From Candidatus Bathyarchaeota archaeon (lineage in GTDB: Archaea > Thermoproteota > Bathyarchaeia > Bathyarchaeales > Bathycorpusculaceae), in contig CAWABA010000006.1 of assembly GCA_963780185.1 (NCBI GenBank), positions 128,001 through 192,000 on the forward strand: a DNA stretch of 64,000 nt, in the 5' to 3' direction. Shown here one piece after another: positions 63,806-64,000 of this stretch. Both the position numbers and the translations under genes were made by a program. The notes under the pieces were generated by a model. That model ran no database searches. It was not told the DNA's origin and worked only from the letters and a program-made list of their open reading frames with translations. Within the stretch, counting starts at the first letter, position 1; each line of letters begins with the position of its first letter.

Positions 63806-64000
63806 TCATCACTGAAAAACGACCTCTGACAAAGCTTCTTCCCAAGGCAAATGACACCTAAAAAAAAGCAACACGACAACTCTAGAAACACAGTAAAAGC
63901 AGGCACTTGAGTGTCGCCGCCGATATTCTGAGGTTTGCTCGGATGTTCCCGCCTATGCGTGGGGTTCTGCGTCTAGGCGGCAGCTGGGTACTTTATTTCG

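Overview
Archaeal chromosomal segment, probably Bathyarchaeia (inferred from archaeal LeuRS, aIF-1A/Rio1/Dim2, P1 stalk protein, PGI/PMI, presenilin, PEF-CTERM-type surface proteins and TATA/BRE promoters). Many genes, including the essential rpl12, carry single-base indels, which points to long-read consensus errors rather than real pseudogenes. There are two tRNA genes, Ala-GGC and Pro-CGG, each followed by integrase-less islets bounded by copies of tRNA 3' ends. The tRNA-Pro islet (37028-41045) looks like a defence island: VapBC, an Mrr-type nuclease, and a translationally coupled pair made of a 2TM-macrodomain protein (ThsA type II-like) and a small HYD1-type ADP-ribosyltransferase-fold protein in place of a TIR protein. 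This pair is the best candidate for an undescribed system. Several unannotated structured RNA candidates stand out: a ~490-nt RNA before pyrI, a ~130-nt rod at 18.8 kb, and an rpl12 leader resembling the 23S GTPase centre. Other observations are a split MazG-like gene interleaved with NUDIX and dCTP deaminase genes, phased DNA repeats, an inverted pair of conserved non-coding elements, and a giant surface protein with a putative thioester domain. All protein and RNA calls come from visual motif recognition; no searches were run.
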